DNA of 64,000 nt, from the NCBI GenBank assembly GCA_963665115.1, contig OY762007.1, forward strand, positions 2,464,001-2,528,000, written 5' to 3'. The translations under genes were made by a program, and so were the position numbers. Source of the DNA: an uncultured Rivularia sp. Its GTDB lineage: Bacteria > Cyanobacteriota > Cyanobacteriia > Cyanobacteriales > Nostocaceae. This document shows positions 21,062-29,707 of the stretch, in pieces (the stretch's first letter is position 1; the number at the start of each line of letters is the position of its first letter). The notes under the pieces were generated by a model. It did not search any database. It was given only the letters and a program-made list of their open reading frames with translations, and had not been told where the DNA came from.

Positions 21062-23407
21062 TTATGATTTGATATTTTCTTGCAGAAATTGACGAATCTT
21101 ATTAATATTAAAAGATTGTGCAAATAAATTTAGTTCGGAAACAAACTGTTGATATTCTCGATCGATTTCTGCAATTCTATCTAATTCCTTTTGAATCCCT
21201 TTTATTTTACCCTGTTTAGCAAATTCTAATAGCATTGTTAATTCTGAAATTGGCGGAATAATTATTTTATTTTTAGGAGGTGCTTTTGATGGTATTAATT
21301 TAATATTTTCTTCAACGCTATAACGCCAAGTAAGATTTAATTGTTTTGCTAATATACGATACAATTCGTTTGATTTAACAGGTTTGTTTAAAAAGTAGTT
21401 TGCTCCTGCTTGCATAGCTTTTTGATTTTCGTTATCGGATGTACTCACAGAGCAAAAGAAAAATAAGGTATTTTCTAGTTGTTCCAACTTGCGAATTTCA
21501 TAAAGCATTTTCCATCCATGCATAATGGGCATTTTTATATCAGAAATAATTAGATCTGGTTGATATTTTATTGCTTTCTCTAAACCATCTTGTCCGTTTT
21601 CTGCTTCTATTAAATCAAAGCCAATAGTTGATAATAGATTAATAAATAAAGAACGATTTTCCCATCTGTCATCTACAATTAAGATTTGCTTTTTCTTACC
21701 GATATAACCGATAATTCTGCCGGTACGGGTAATGCTGCTTGTTCCTGTCCAATCGTCAGCAACAGGACATTCTATTTCAAATTGAAATACACTTCCCATC
21801 TCTAATTCACTTTTGACTATAATTTTACTATTCATCATCTCGATTATTTTTTGACTCAAAGCCAATCCCAGCCCCGTACCTTCTGATTTGTTTTTGGTTG
21901 TACCTAATTGCTCAAAAGGTGAAAATATTTTATCTATTACTTCGGGTTTCATTCCTATTCCAGTATCTTCAATATGAAAAAGCAATCTTACTGTTTCTGA
22001 AAGAGACTCTTTTTTTATTTCTAATACCTCTACTTGTAAAGTTACGCAGCCTTTTTCGGTAAATTTAATAGCATTACTAAGTAAATTTATTAATACTTGT
22101 CGCAATCGTCTTTTATCGATGTTAATTCCAGATGGTAAATTCTCTGGAGTCAAATAGATAAAGCTCAACCCTTTTTGTTCGGTTTTGATACGGCATATTT
22201 CTACAACTTCTTGTAAAAAAGAAGGAAAATGAAAATCACTAGTGTGAAGCTTAATTTGATGCGCTTCTATTTTTGTAAAATCGAGAATATCGTTGATTAA
22301 AGTTAATAAGTGCTTGCCGCAACGATGAATAATTTCTATACCCCGCTGTTCCTTTTTCGAGAGATTCGGGGAATTTTGAATGATTTGGGTATAGCCTAAA
22401 ATACCGTTTAAAGGCGTGCGAAGTTCGTGACTCATATTTGCCATGAATTCGCTTTTCGCATAACTTGCTGCATCGGCAGATATTTTGGCTTCTTCTTGTT
22501 TTTGAATATTAATTTTTATCAGATCGAAAAGCTGGTTTACGGAAGCTGCAAGTTTTTTTGCTTCTATATTTCCGATGATGGATAATTGTAGATCGTAGTT
22601 TGCTTCTTCTAAAGCTTTTTCTGTGACTTCAGTAACTGTTGAAATCGGTTTAACAATCATGCGACTGCTGTAAATAGCGATAACAGAAGCGAGAGTTAAA
22701 GACAAAATCAAACTCATAATTGTAATTACTGAACGCAGCATTTGCGTTCGACTCAAATTAACTTCTGCTTTTTGTTCCTGCCCTTTTAGAGATTCGACAA
22801 AAACTTGCAACTCATCTACAAATTTCAGCGTTTCAATTCGAGAATTGCTTGCTACCAAATTAGCAGCTAGCCGTTGTACCTTAATCTCTTGCGTTCTTAA
22901 CTGATTCGATTCAATCTGTTTTAAAGTCTTTTTAGAGTCTTGAGCAAATTTTTCTAAACTATCGTTATACTTATTCAATTTTTGTTTAAAATTTACTGAA
23001 GCATCCGTATTAACTTGATTCAGTAATTCTTTAAAATTATTTACTCTACTAATCGCCTGTTGAAACTCCTGGGGTTTTTGTAGATAAGGATAAACATCGC
23101 TAATGAGTTGTAAACTTAGAGTTGTATTTAGCAAGCTATTTAACAGTGTTAATTCTTGACGAATATCTTTTCTTTCTTGATTTGCTCGATCAACCAAAGA
23201 ATTTCCTACACTCAAACCAAGGCCAGTACCCCCGACAGTAATACCCAGCGCAACAGCATATCCCAGAAAAATCTTTTTTTGTAGAGTGAGACGATTAGTT
23301 ATCCAGGTAACGGGCTTAAATGGCCATCCCGATGAAATCCAAGAAGCTGTTTTGTGCTTCTGGGTATCCGGTTGAGAAATTTGATGCTCTGAAGAAGGAT
23401 AAGTCAT
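21062..23407 (-). CDS. Membrane hybrid sensor histidine kinase (2 TM-HAMP-like-HisKA-HATPase-REC)
   Basis: 'MSHELRTPLNG', 'NLLSNAIKFT', 'DTGIG', 'GTGLGL', 'ISDIKMP'. Confidence 0.9.
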   Translation of the reverse strand: MTYPSSEHQISQPDTQKHKTASWISSGWPFKPVTWITNRLTLQKKIFLGYAVALGITVGGTGLGLSVGNSLVDRANQERKDIRQELTLLNSLLNTTLSLQLISDVYPYLQKPQEFQQAISRVNNFKELLNQVNTDASVNFKQKLNKYNDSLEKFAQDSKKTLKQIESNQLRTQEIKVQRLAANLVASNSRIETLKFVDELQVFVESLKGQEQKAEVNLSRTQMLRSVITIMSLILSLTLASVIAIYSSRMIVKPISTVTEVTEKALEEANYDLQLSIIGNIEAKKLAASVNQLFDLIKINIQKQEEAKISADAASYAKSEFMANMSHELRTPLNGILGYTQIIQNSPNLSKKEQRGIEIIHRCGKHLLTLINDILDFTKIEAHQIKLHTSDFHFPSFLQEVVEICRIKTEQKGLSFIYLTPENLPSGINIDKRRLRQVLINLLSNAIKFTEKGCVTLQVEVLEIKKESLSETVRLLFHIEDTGIGMKPEVIDKIFSPFEQLGTTKNKSEGTGLGLALSQKIIEMMNSKIIVKSELEMGSVFQFEIECPVADDWTGTSSITRTGRIIGYIGKKKQILIVDDRWENRSLFINLLSTIGFDLIEAENGQDGLEKAIKYQPDLIISDIKMPIMHGWKMLYEIRKLEQLENTLFFFCSVSTSDNENQKAMQAGANYFLNKPVKSNELYRILAKQLNLTWRYSVEENIKLIPSKAPPKNKIIIPPISELTMLLEFAKQGKIKGIQKELDRIAEIDREYQQFVSELNLFAQSFNINKIRQFLQENIKS

Positions 23408-23691
23408 TCGTCTGACAGCGTTTGCACCGATATATGGAATTTGCGCGGTTAATTACATGATTCCCAAAATGCAACTCAGAATTGTCATTATTTTTAACGA
23501 ATTACCTCTTTAGGGCTACTTTTTCGGCTATTTACATCCGCTGAATTAACCTAACGTTCAATATTTCAGCACTGTGGCGACTTACACAAAAATGATTTTT
23601 CCCCTTGTCGTATCGTTCCCCGTTGTTGCATCTGCCATCGATAAAGTATCATGCAACAAATAACTATTACGGCTCTGTCACCTCTAATTTT

Positions 23692-23985
23692 ATGGATAAC
23701 AATATAAGAATTTGGTTCATTTGCTTCGTAGTGCTATTTGCTTTATCACAGCTATTCGATTGGGTACAGCAGCTTTATTTACCTTTACCTATCTATATTT
23801 TAGGTGGAGCATTTTTGGCAGTTGCTTCAAATTATGAAAAGCTTTTCGGTAGTTATCTGGGCGAATATTCAGGTGAAAATAATACTCAACAGCAATTAGA
23901 TGCTGCTTCTCAACCTGAAGTATCAAGCTATGAGGATGCTTATCAATCTGAGGAAGTTGAAGAATTAGAGATTAGGGAATTGTAA
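23692..23985 (+). CDS. Hypothetical small membrane protein
   Basis: Two hydrophobic segments ('LPLPIYILGGAFLAVASNY') and an acidic tail; ATG at 23692. Confidence 0.6.
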   Translation: MDNNIRIWFICFVVLFALSQLFDWVQQLYLPLPIYILGGAFLAVASNYEKLFGSYLGEYSGENNTQQQLDAASQPEVSSYEDAYQSEEVEELEIREL

Positions 23986-24010
23986 AAAGAAGTAATACTT
24001 AAAATAAAAT

Positions 24011-24361
24011 TTATTTAGCTTTGTTTATGTAAGAAATATATTCAACAAAACAAAATCCAGCGACTAAACCAGTAATTACCGCACCAATAATTACTCCTTT
24101 CATTAGACTAAATTTTCTTTGTCTTTTACAGCTTAGAATTAAAGGAATAACGTATAAAAGTTGATATAACCATACAGCACTAATACCGAGAGCAAGAGGT
24201 TCGTATCCTCTACCGAGCGGCAAATTAGAATTATCTGCTAGAAAAGCAAAAAAATACATTCCTAAAATACTAAGAATAAAGTTAGTTGATAATACTAATA
24301 AAATTCCCCCGATAATTGTCAACCAATCGTTACTGCGAGGATTAGGATTTCTGTTTGACAT
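24011..24361 (-). CDS. Small 3-TM membrane protein, paralog B
   Basis: Shares 'QLLYVIP...KRxR...KGVIIGAVITxLVxGxCF' with the neighbouring ORF. Confidence 0.75.
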   Translation of the reverse strand: MSNRNPNPRSNDWLTIIGGILLVLSTNFILSILGMYFFAFLADNSNLPLGRGYEPLALGISAVWLYQLLYVIPLILSCKRQRKFSLMKGVIIGAVITGLVAGFCFVEYISYINKAK

Positions 24362-24373
24362 GGTTTTATTCTG

Positions 24374-24679
24374 TCAACGTATAAATATCAAAAAGCAGCC
24401 ACCATTTACTAACGCTGTAATTACTGCACCAATAATTACTCCTTTTACGATGAAATTATTGCGTTTACGTTTAAGCCAAATACAAACTGGAATTACGTAT
24501 AGCAGTTGCAATAGGAACAATCCGCCAAGCGCAAAGAAAAAACCTAAAATGGTATAGCCACCATAAATCATCTGTAAAATATAGCTAATCACAAATATTA
24601 TTAAGATTGCTAAAGCGTGCATTCCAATTAGTAATAAGAGGCCTTGAATAACTCCCCTAATTTCATTTTGTTGCGACAT
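24374..24679 (-). CDS. Small 3-TM membrane protein, paralog A
   Basis: 'QLLYVIPVCIWLKRKRNNFIVKGVIIGAVITALVNGGCF'; 22 bp downstream of the radical SAM gene. Confidence 0.75.
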   Translation of the reverse strand: MSQQNEIRGVIQGLLLLIGMHALAILIIFVISYILQMIYGGYTILGFFFALGGLFLLQLLYVIPVCIWLKRKRNNFIVKGVIIGAVITALVNGGCFLIFIR

Positions 24680-24701
24680 AGTTATTTAGTTAAACTGATT
24701 A

Positions 24702-26114
24702 TTAATTCCGATTATTAACTAAATCATACCCCGCGCTACCTTCGCGATAAAACATATTAAAAGTATCAAAAGGAATAATTCTACCGTCGGGGTGTACGAT
24801 GTGAATGCAGGAACGTTTTACCGATCGCACATCAAAGTTAAAAGGATCGAGAAACTGCACAACCATCACCCGAAAGATATTTGAATAATTCAATCCTGCG
24901 GGTACGTTAACCATCGGCAAACAACACAAAAGCTGTTTTAATGAAGTTGCAGCGGAAGCTGGTGAATGACTTGTAGAAAACAACTCAAAAATCTTACTTT
25001 TTAACTCTTCATTCTGTTCGTAAAGTACGCTATTTGGCATCATTTCCACAAACGCTTCCGGATTAACTAATCCAGTTAAAGGTATTACTTTACCATTCAG
25101 TTTCAATGCATATCCCATAGCCAAACAATCGGGATGACAGGGAACCGGAAGAATATCTTCTGGTTTAAAATATGGACTTTGTTCTAAAATAGATCTGCGA
25201 ACTTCTGTAAGCGTATATCTATCAGTTTTCGGGTTAAATCCTGACAATCTTCCCGCAGCTTGTATCGGTTGAAAAGTTACACCGCGAACGCATTTTTGCT
25301 GCAATCCGTATTCGATGATTTTACCGATTTCACCGTCATTTAAACCTTTTTTGACGGTAACAACCAAAGTTGTAGAAATATTATATTTATTTAGTTGCGC
25401 GATCGCCTTTTCTCTGACAATTCGCAAATCCGCTCCCCGCAACTCTTGTAGAGCTTCCGCTTCAAAGCTATCAAACTGTAAATATATCTCAATTCCCGGT
25501 ATATATTGGGAAAGACGCTCGCAAAAAGCTTTATCTTGAGCAATTCTCACACCGTTAGTATTAATCATCAAATGCTTTATCGGTTTGCTTTTGACAATAT
25601 CTAATATTTCAAAAAACTCAGGATGAATAGTAGGCTCACCACCGCTCAACTGCACAATTTGCGGTTCCCCTTCATTTTCTACAACCGCATCAATCATGCT
25701 TTCAATTAGTTTTAAACTGCGATGTTTTCGAGGTTGATGGGAATCCGAAAACTCTTCCACACCAGAATCAGCATAACAAATTGGGCAAGAAAGATTGCAT
25801 TTATCAGTAACTTCGATTAAAGTCAAACAGCTATGTTGTTCGTGATCTGGACAAAGCCCGCAATCGTAAGGACAACCGTATTTTATTGGTGTATTAAACC
25901 GTCTGGGAATATCACCCGGCTTAATAAACTCCAGACACTTTTTATAATATTCAATATCGTCAGCAATTAAAACCTCTTCCCTTCCATGAGTGGGACAATG
26001 TTTAACTAAATAAACATAATCATCCTGAAAAATAATTTTTGCTTCCACCTTAACAAGACACTTTGAACAAACACTATTAGTCAAAGCATAGAAAAGATAA
26101 TTACGACTAGGCAT
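24702..26114 (-). CDS. Radical SAM enzyme, Tes/GDGT-MAS (MJ0619)-like architecture
   Basis: N-terminal CxxC..CxxH ('CSKC...CPTH'), auxiliary 'CPYDCGLCPDH', radical SAM 'CNLSCPIC', 'LSGGEPT', 'NTNG', and C-terminal 'PCHPDC', 'CC', 'SCIH..PF'. Confidence 0.8.
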   Translation of the reverse strand: MPSRNYLFYALTNSVCSKCLVKVEAKIIFQDDYVYLVKHCPTHGREEVLIADDIEYYKKCLEFIKPGDIPRRFNTPIKYGCPYDCGLCPDHEQHSCLTLIEVTDKCNLSCPICYADSGVEEFSDSHQPRKHRSLKLIESMIDAVVENEGEPQIVQLSGGEPTIHPEFFEILDIVKSKPIKHLMINTNGVRIAQDKAFCERLSQYIPGIEIYLQFDSFEAEALQELRGADLRIVREKAIAQLNKYNISTTLVVTVKKGLNDGEIGKIIEYGLQQKCVRGVTFQPIQAAGRLSGFNPKTDRYTLTEVRRSILEQSPYFKPEDILPVPCHPDCLAMGYALKLNGKVIPLTGLVNPEAFVEMMPNSVLYEQNEELKSKIFELFSTSHSPASAATSLKQLLCCLPMVNVPAGLNYSNIFRVMVVQFLDPFNFDVRSVKRSCIHIVHPDGRIIPFDTFNMFYREGSAGYDLVNNRN

Positions 26115-26286
26115 GGATAAAAGTTAGGAGTTAGGAGTTAGGAGTTAGGAGTTGGGGATGGCGCATCGGGCATGGGGCATAGTTAAGAGTTAGGAATTAA
26201 GAGTTAGGAATGTAGTGGGAGCGTCTCGCTCCCTTGAAAAAAATTCCCTGCCCCTCTCCCCCATCTCCCCCTCCCCATCAGCTTCC

Positions 26287-26856
26287 CTACTCCTTCTCCC
26301 CATTTGAGACAAGCTCTGAAAGTATATTTCCGGTCAAATCTAAAAGCTGATCTAGTAATAATCCGATAGCACCAATACAGATTATACCTTCAATAATGTC
26401 ATCAACTTTACTTTGTTTATAAGCATTCCAAATGATAAAACCTAGCCCTTGATTAAGAGTCAACATTTCTATGGCGATCGCACTAAACCAAGCAATCCAA
26501 ACTGCAAATCTTAAACCCTCAAATATATGGTTAATTACTAATCTAAAGTTTCTTCCTTGTTTACGTCCATGTCGTATTCCTTTAGCAGTATTAAGAATAA
26601 TTGACCAAATGGCGCTAAAGAAAACAATTACAATTGCCGCAGCTTCAGCTTCTTTAAAAATGATTAGGGCAATCGGCAGTAAAGCGATAGGAACAATAGT
26701 ATTTGGTACTTGAAGTATCCATTTACATATTTGATAAATAATTCTATTTAAACCAATTAAATAGCCAATCAAAATACCTAAAACAACAGCAGAAATATAG
26801 CCAACAAGTAATAATTGCAAGCTAGATAAAAGATTAAAAAAAATACTTCGTTCCAT
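26287..26856 (-). CDS. Stand-alone ABC permease-like protein (NrtB/TauC/SsuC-type fold)
   Basis: 'SSLQLLLVGY', 'VPIALLPIAL', 'WFSAIAIEML...GLGFIIWNAY...IGLLLD'. Confidence 0.7.
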   Translation of the reverse strand: MERSIFFNLLSSLQLLLVGYISAVVLGILIGYLIGLNRIIYQICKWILQVPNTIVPIALLPIALIIFKEAEAAAIVIVFFSAIWSIILNTAKGIRHGRKQGRNFRLVINHIFEGLRFAVWIAWFSAIAIEMLTLNQGLGFIIWNAYKQSKVDDIIEGIICIGAIGLLLDQLLDLTGNILSELVSNGEKE

Positions 26857-26859
26857 TAT

Positions 26860-27609
26860 TTAAGATTTTATGCGGAACATTTTAGGGATAGTGCGACGAT
26901 AATACAAAATTGCCATGAGACAAGCTGTTTGAATTGCACTTAATCCTAAAAAGGCATGAAAATCTGGTTTAATAAAATCTATCAGGAAGCGAAAGGTTAA
27001 ATAAGAGATGAAATAAAATTGAAATAAATCGCCTTGTTGGTAGTTATAGCGACTGCGAAACCGTATAAATATAGCTAAAACAATTAAAAAAATAATTTCA
27101 TATAGCTGCGTTGGATGTCGTGAAATGCCATCGCCAAAATCTATACCCCAAGGTAAATTGGTCGCAATTCCGTAAGTTTTATCGCTCAAACCAGTTAAAA
27201 AACAGCCAATTCTACCGATAGCAGTTCCCGCAATTAAAGGGTAAACAAATACGTCACCAGTTGACTGCTTGACACCGATAATTTTTTTAGTAATTTCTAC
27301 ACCAATTAATCCACCCAACAAAGCACCGACAACAGTTTTACCCTGCAAAAATAGGAATAAAAATTGTTGTCTATCTTGCCATAATAAATTAATGTGCTGT
27401 AGTAAAACCAGCAACTTCGCACCCAACAAAGCCCCTAACATTCCACCTACAACCACAGAAGAACGTTGAGTCGTAGAAATCGAATCTTGACGAACATTAC
27501 GCAACATCAAACGAAACGCCACAGTATAAGCCAAAGACTCGAATAAAATATGTGGATGAATTTTAAAAAAGCCAAGAGAAATATAAATTGGGAATTGGGA
27601 ATTAGGCAT
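26860..27609 (-). CDS. Prolipoprotein diacylglyceryl transferase (Lgt)-like protein, divergent
   Basis: 'IGRIGCFL', 'LPWGIDF', 'RHPTQLYE', 'YLTFRFLIDF'. Confidence 0.8.
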   Translation of the reverse strand: MPNSQFPIYISLGFFKIHPHILFESLAYTVAFRLMLRNVRQDSISTTQRSSVVVGGMLGALLGAKLLVLLQHINLLWQDRQQFLFLFLQGKTVVGALLGGLIGVEITKKIIGVKQSTGDVFVYPLIAGTAIGRIGCFLTGLSDKTYGIATNLPWGIDFGDGISRHPTQLYEIIFLIVLAIFIRFRSRYNYQQGDLFQFYFISYLTFRFLIDFIKPDFHAFLGLSAIQTACLMAILYYRRTIPKMFRIKS

Positions 27610-27690
27610 TGGGCATTGGTAATTGGTAATTGGTAATTAGTAATTTTCCCCTTGTCTCCTTGTCCCCCCCATCCCCCCATCCCCCATCTC

Positions 27691-28287
27691 TTATTTCCCC
27701 ATCTTCCGTTTCATCTCATCCAACTCTGCTTCAGTTTCCCAACGAAGGAATTTTTCTTCTAAATCATCGTAGGTGTTAGAACTGGAGTTAGGATTAGAAT
27801 AGGTGCTACTTGCGCTCCACCAGCCAGTATCTGTGTCCATACGTTGTTGTGATTGAGCTTTTGTACGTGCTGCTTGCGCTTGTGTGGCTTTGGTTTGTAC
27901 TTCTTGTCGCCGTAATTGAATTTTTCGATATAATTCTTTGGCTTGGGTAATGCGTTCTTTTACACCTTGCATTTGCCCCCAAAGCTGGTTGCCTTGTCGC
28001 AATAATGCTGCTTCTCTTTCTTCCGCTTTTGCCGCTAAATCTTCTCTGCGAGCATTTTTCGCTTTTTGTACGCGGATATGCCATCTTTGGATTTCTTGCG
28101 CTGTAGACAATACTTCGTCTTGCTTGCGCTTTTCCTGTAGCTGCAAATCTGCGATTAATTTTAGAGTATCTTCTTCCTGCTCCCGTAACTGCTCCAATAG
28201 CGCATCTAGTTCCAAATGCGGGTTATTCCGCAGGAATTCTTCCAAACGACTTTCCAGAAACTTGCTCAAATCGTCAAATAAGCCCAC
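27691..28287 (-). CDS. PspA/IM30-like coiled-coil protein (TIGR04376-like)
   Basis: 'MGLFDDLSKFLESRLEEFL', 'AKNARREDLAAKAEERE', 'LEEKFLRWETEAELDEMK'. Confidence 0.7.
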   Translation of the reverse strand: MGLFDDLSKFLESRLEEFLRNNPHLELDALLEQLREQEEDTLKLIADLQLQEKRKQDEVLSTAQEIQRWHIRVQKAKNARREDLAAKAEEREAALLRQGNQLWGQMQGVKERITQAKELYRKIQLRRQEVQTKATQAQAARTKAQSQQRMDTDTGWWSASSTYSNPNSSSNTYDDLEEKFLRWETEAELDEMKRKMGK

Positions 28288-28573
28288 TTTGCCTTAACTC
28301 CAAACGGATTCGTAATTAAATTTATTGTAATGATTATTATCGGTAATGCGAAAGGAGTTGTTGTAAGTTTTGAGTCAGTAATTAGTAGTTAGTAATTATC
28401 TTCCCCTTATCCCCCTATCCCCCATTTTTCCATCCTGGGTAATAGTAATTAGTCAACCCCAGGTTAGATAAACAAGTTTATTAAATCATTTAATATAACT
28501 GTACTTATTAATTGCAATAGCGATTTAGGTATATTTATATCCATTTTATTTATGTATTCGGTCGTATATAAAA

Positions 28574-29707
28574 ATGAAAATAGCAGTATTAGGACATAGA
28601 ACTTTTCCAATTAGCGAACCTTTTGCAGGAGGATTGGAACGTTTTATTTATACATTAGTACGGGGTTTACAGGGCAAAGGATGCGATGTCACTTTGTTTG
28701 CACATCCAGATTCAGATGCAAGTCTTAATATTGCTTCGACTTCTTTTATAGATACTTCTTTTTGTACTACTTCAGAAGAAAAATCCCATGAGTCTTTTTT
28801 GAGCATCATGGATTATTTAGATTACGATGATTTTGATATAGTTCATAATAACTCTTTAAATTATTTTCCTATAGTTCTATCAGATACTATCAATACTCCA
28901 TTAGTAACTACGCTGCATACTCCACCCTTTCCACTACTTTCCAGCGCTGTCAAGCATCGAAAACGAAGAGGGAACTATATTTCTATTTCTAAATTCAACG
29001 CCGAAAGTTGGGGTTTAAATGATGGATTATCAAAAGTAATTTACAACGGTGTAGATGCCGATTTTTTTTCTTTTGCTAACAATAATTCACAAGATTTTGC
29101 AGTTTGGACGGGACGAATTATTCCTTGTAAAGGTACTCATTTAGCAATTGAAGCAGCGAAAAAAGCAAATATAAACTTGGTAATAGCAGGTCCAATTTGC
29201 GATTCCGAATACTTTGAAAAAGAAGTGAAACCTCATTTAAATGAAGGAATACAATATGCGGGACATTTAGGTAAAAATGAACTTGTATCGCTAATACAAA
29301 GCGCTTCCGTATGTTTATGTACGCCTATTTGGGCGGAACCCTTTGGCTTGGTTGTAATTGAAAGTCTGGCTTGCGGTACCCCGGTAGTTGCTTTTAACCG
29401 TGGAGCTATAGCAGAAATTATTGACGAAAATACTGGAATATTAGTAACTCCAGATGATACAGATGCTATGGCACGTGCAATAAAACAGGCTAAATATATT
29501 TCTCGATATGCCTGTAGAGAAAGAGTTCTCAAACATTTCAGTATTGAGGCAATGCTGTCAAATTATTTGCAAGTTTTTGAACGTATAGCAAACACTCGTA
29601 TCAAAAGACAAAAATCATGCACATCGGCTACTACATCCATTCTCACGGCAAGGGGGGACACTTACAAAGGGCGCAGGAAATTGCAAAACACATTAAATCG
29701 GACGTAA
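28574..29707 (+). CDS. Glycosyltransferase family 4 (GT-B)
   Basis: 'FAGGLE', 'VTTLHTP', 'GRIIPCKG', 'EPFGLVVIESLACGTPV'. Confidence 0.88.
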   Translation: MKIAVLGHRTFPISEPFAGGLERFIYTLVRGLQGKGCDVTLFAHPDSDASLNIASTSFIDTSFCTTSEEKSHESFLSIMDYLDYDDFDIVHNNSLNYFPIVLSDTINTPLVTTLHTPPFPLLSSAVKHRKRRGNYISISKFNAESWGLNDGLSKVIYNGVDADFFSFANNNSQDFAVWTGRIIPCKGTHLAIEAAKKANINLVIAGPICDSEYFEKEVKPHLNEGIQYAGHLGKNELVSLIQSASVCLCTPIWAEPFGLVVIESLACGTPVVAFNRGAIAEIIDENTGILVTPDDTDAMARAIKQAKYISRYACRERVLKHFSIEAMLSNYLQVFERIANTRIKRQKSCTSATTSILTARGDTYKGRRKLQNTLNRT

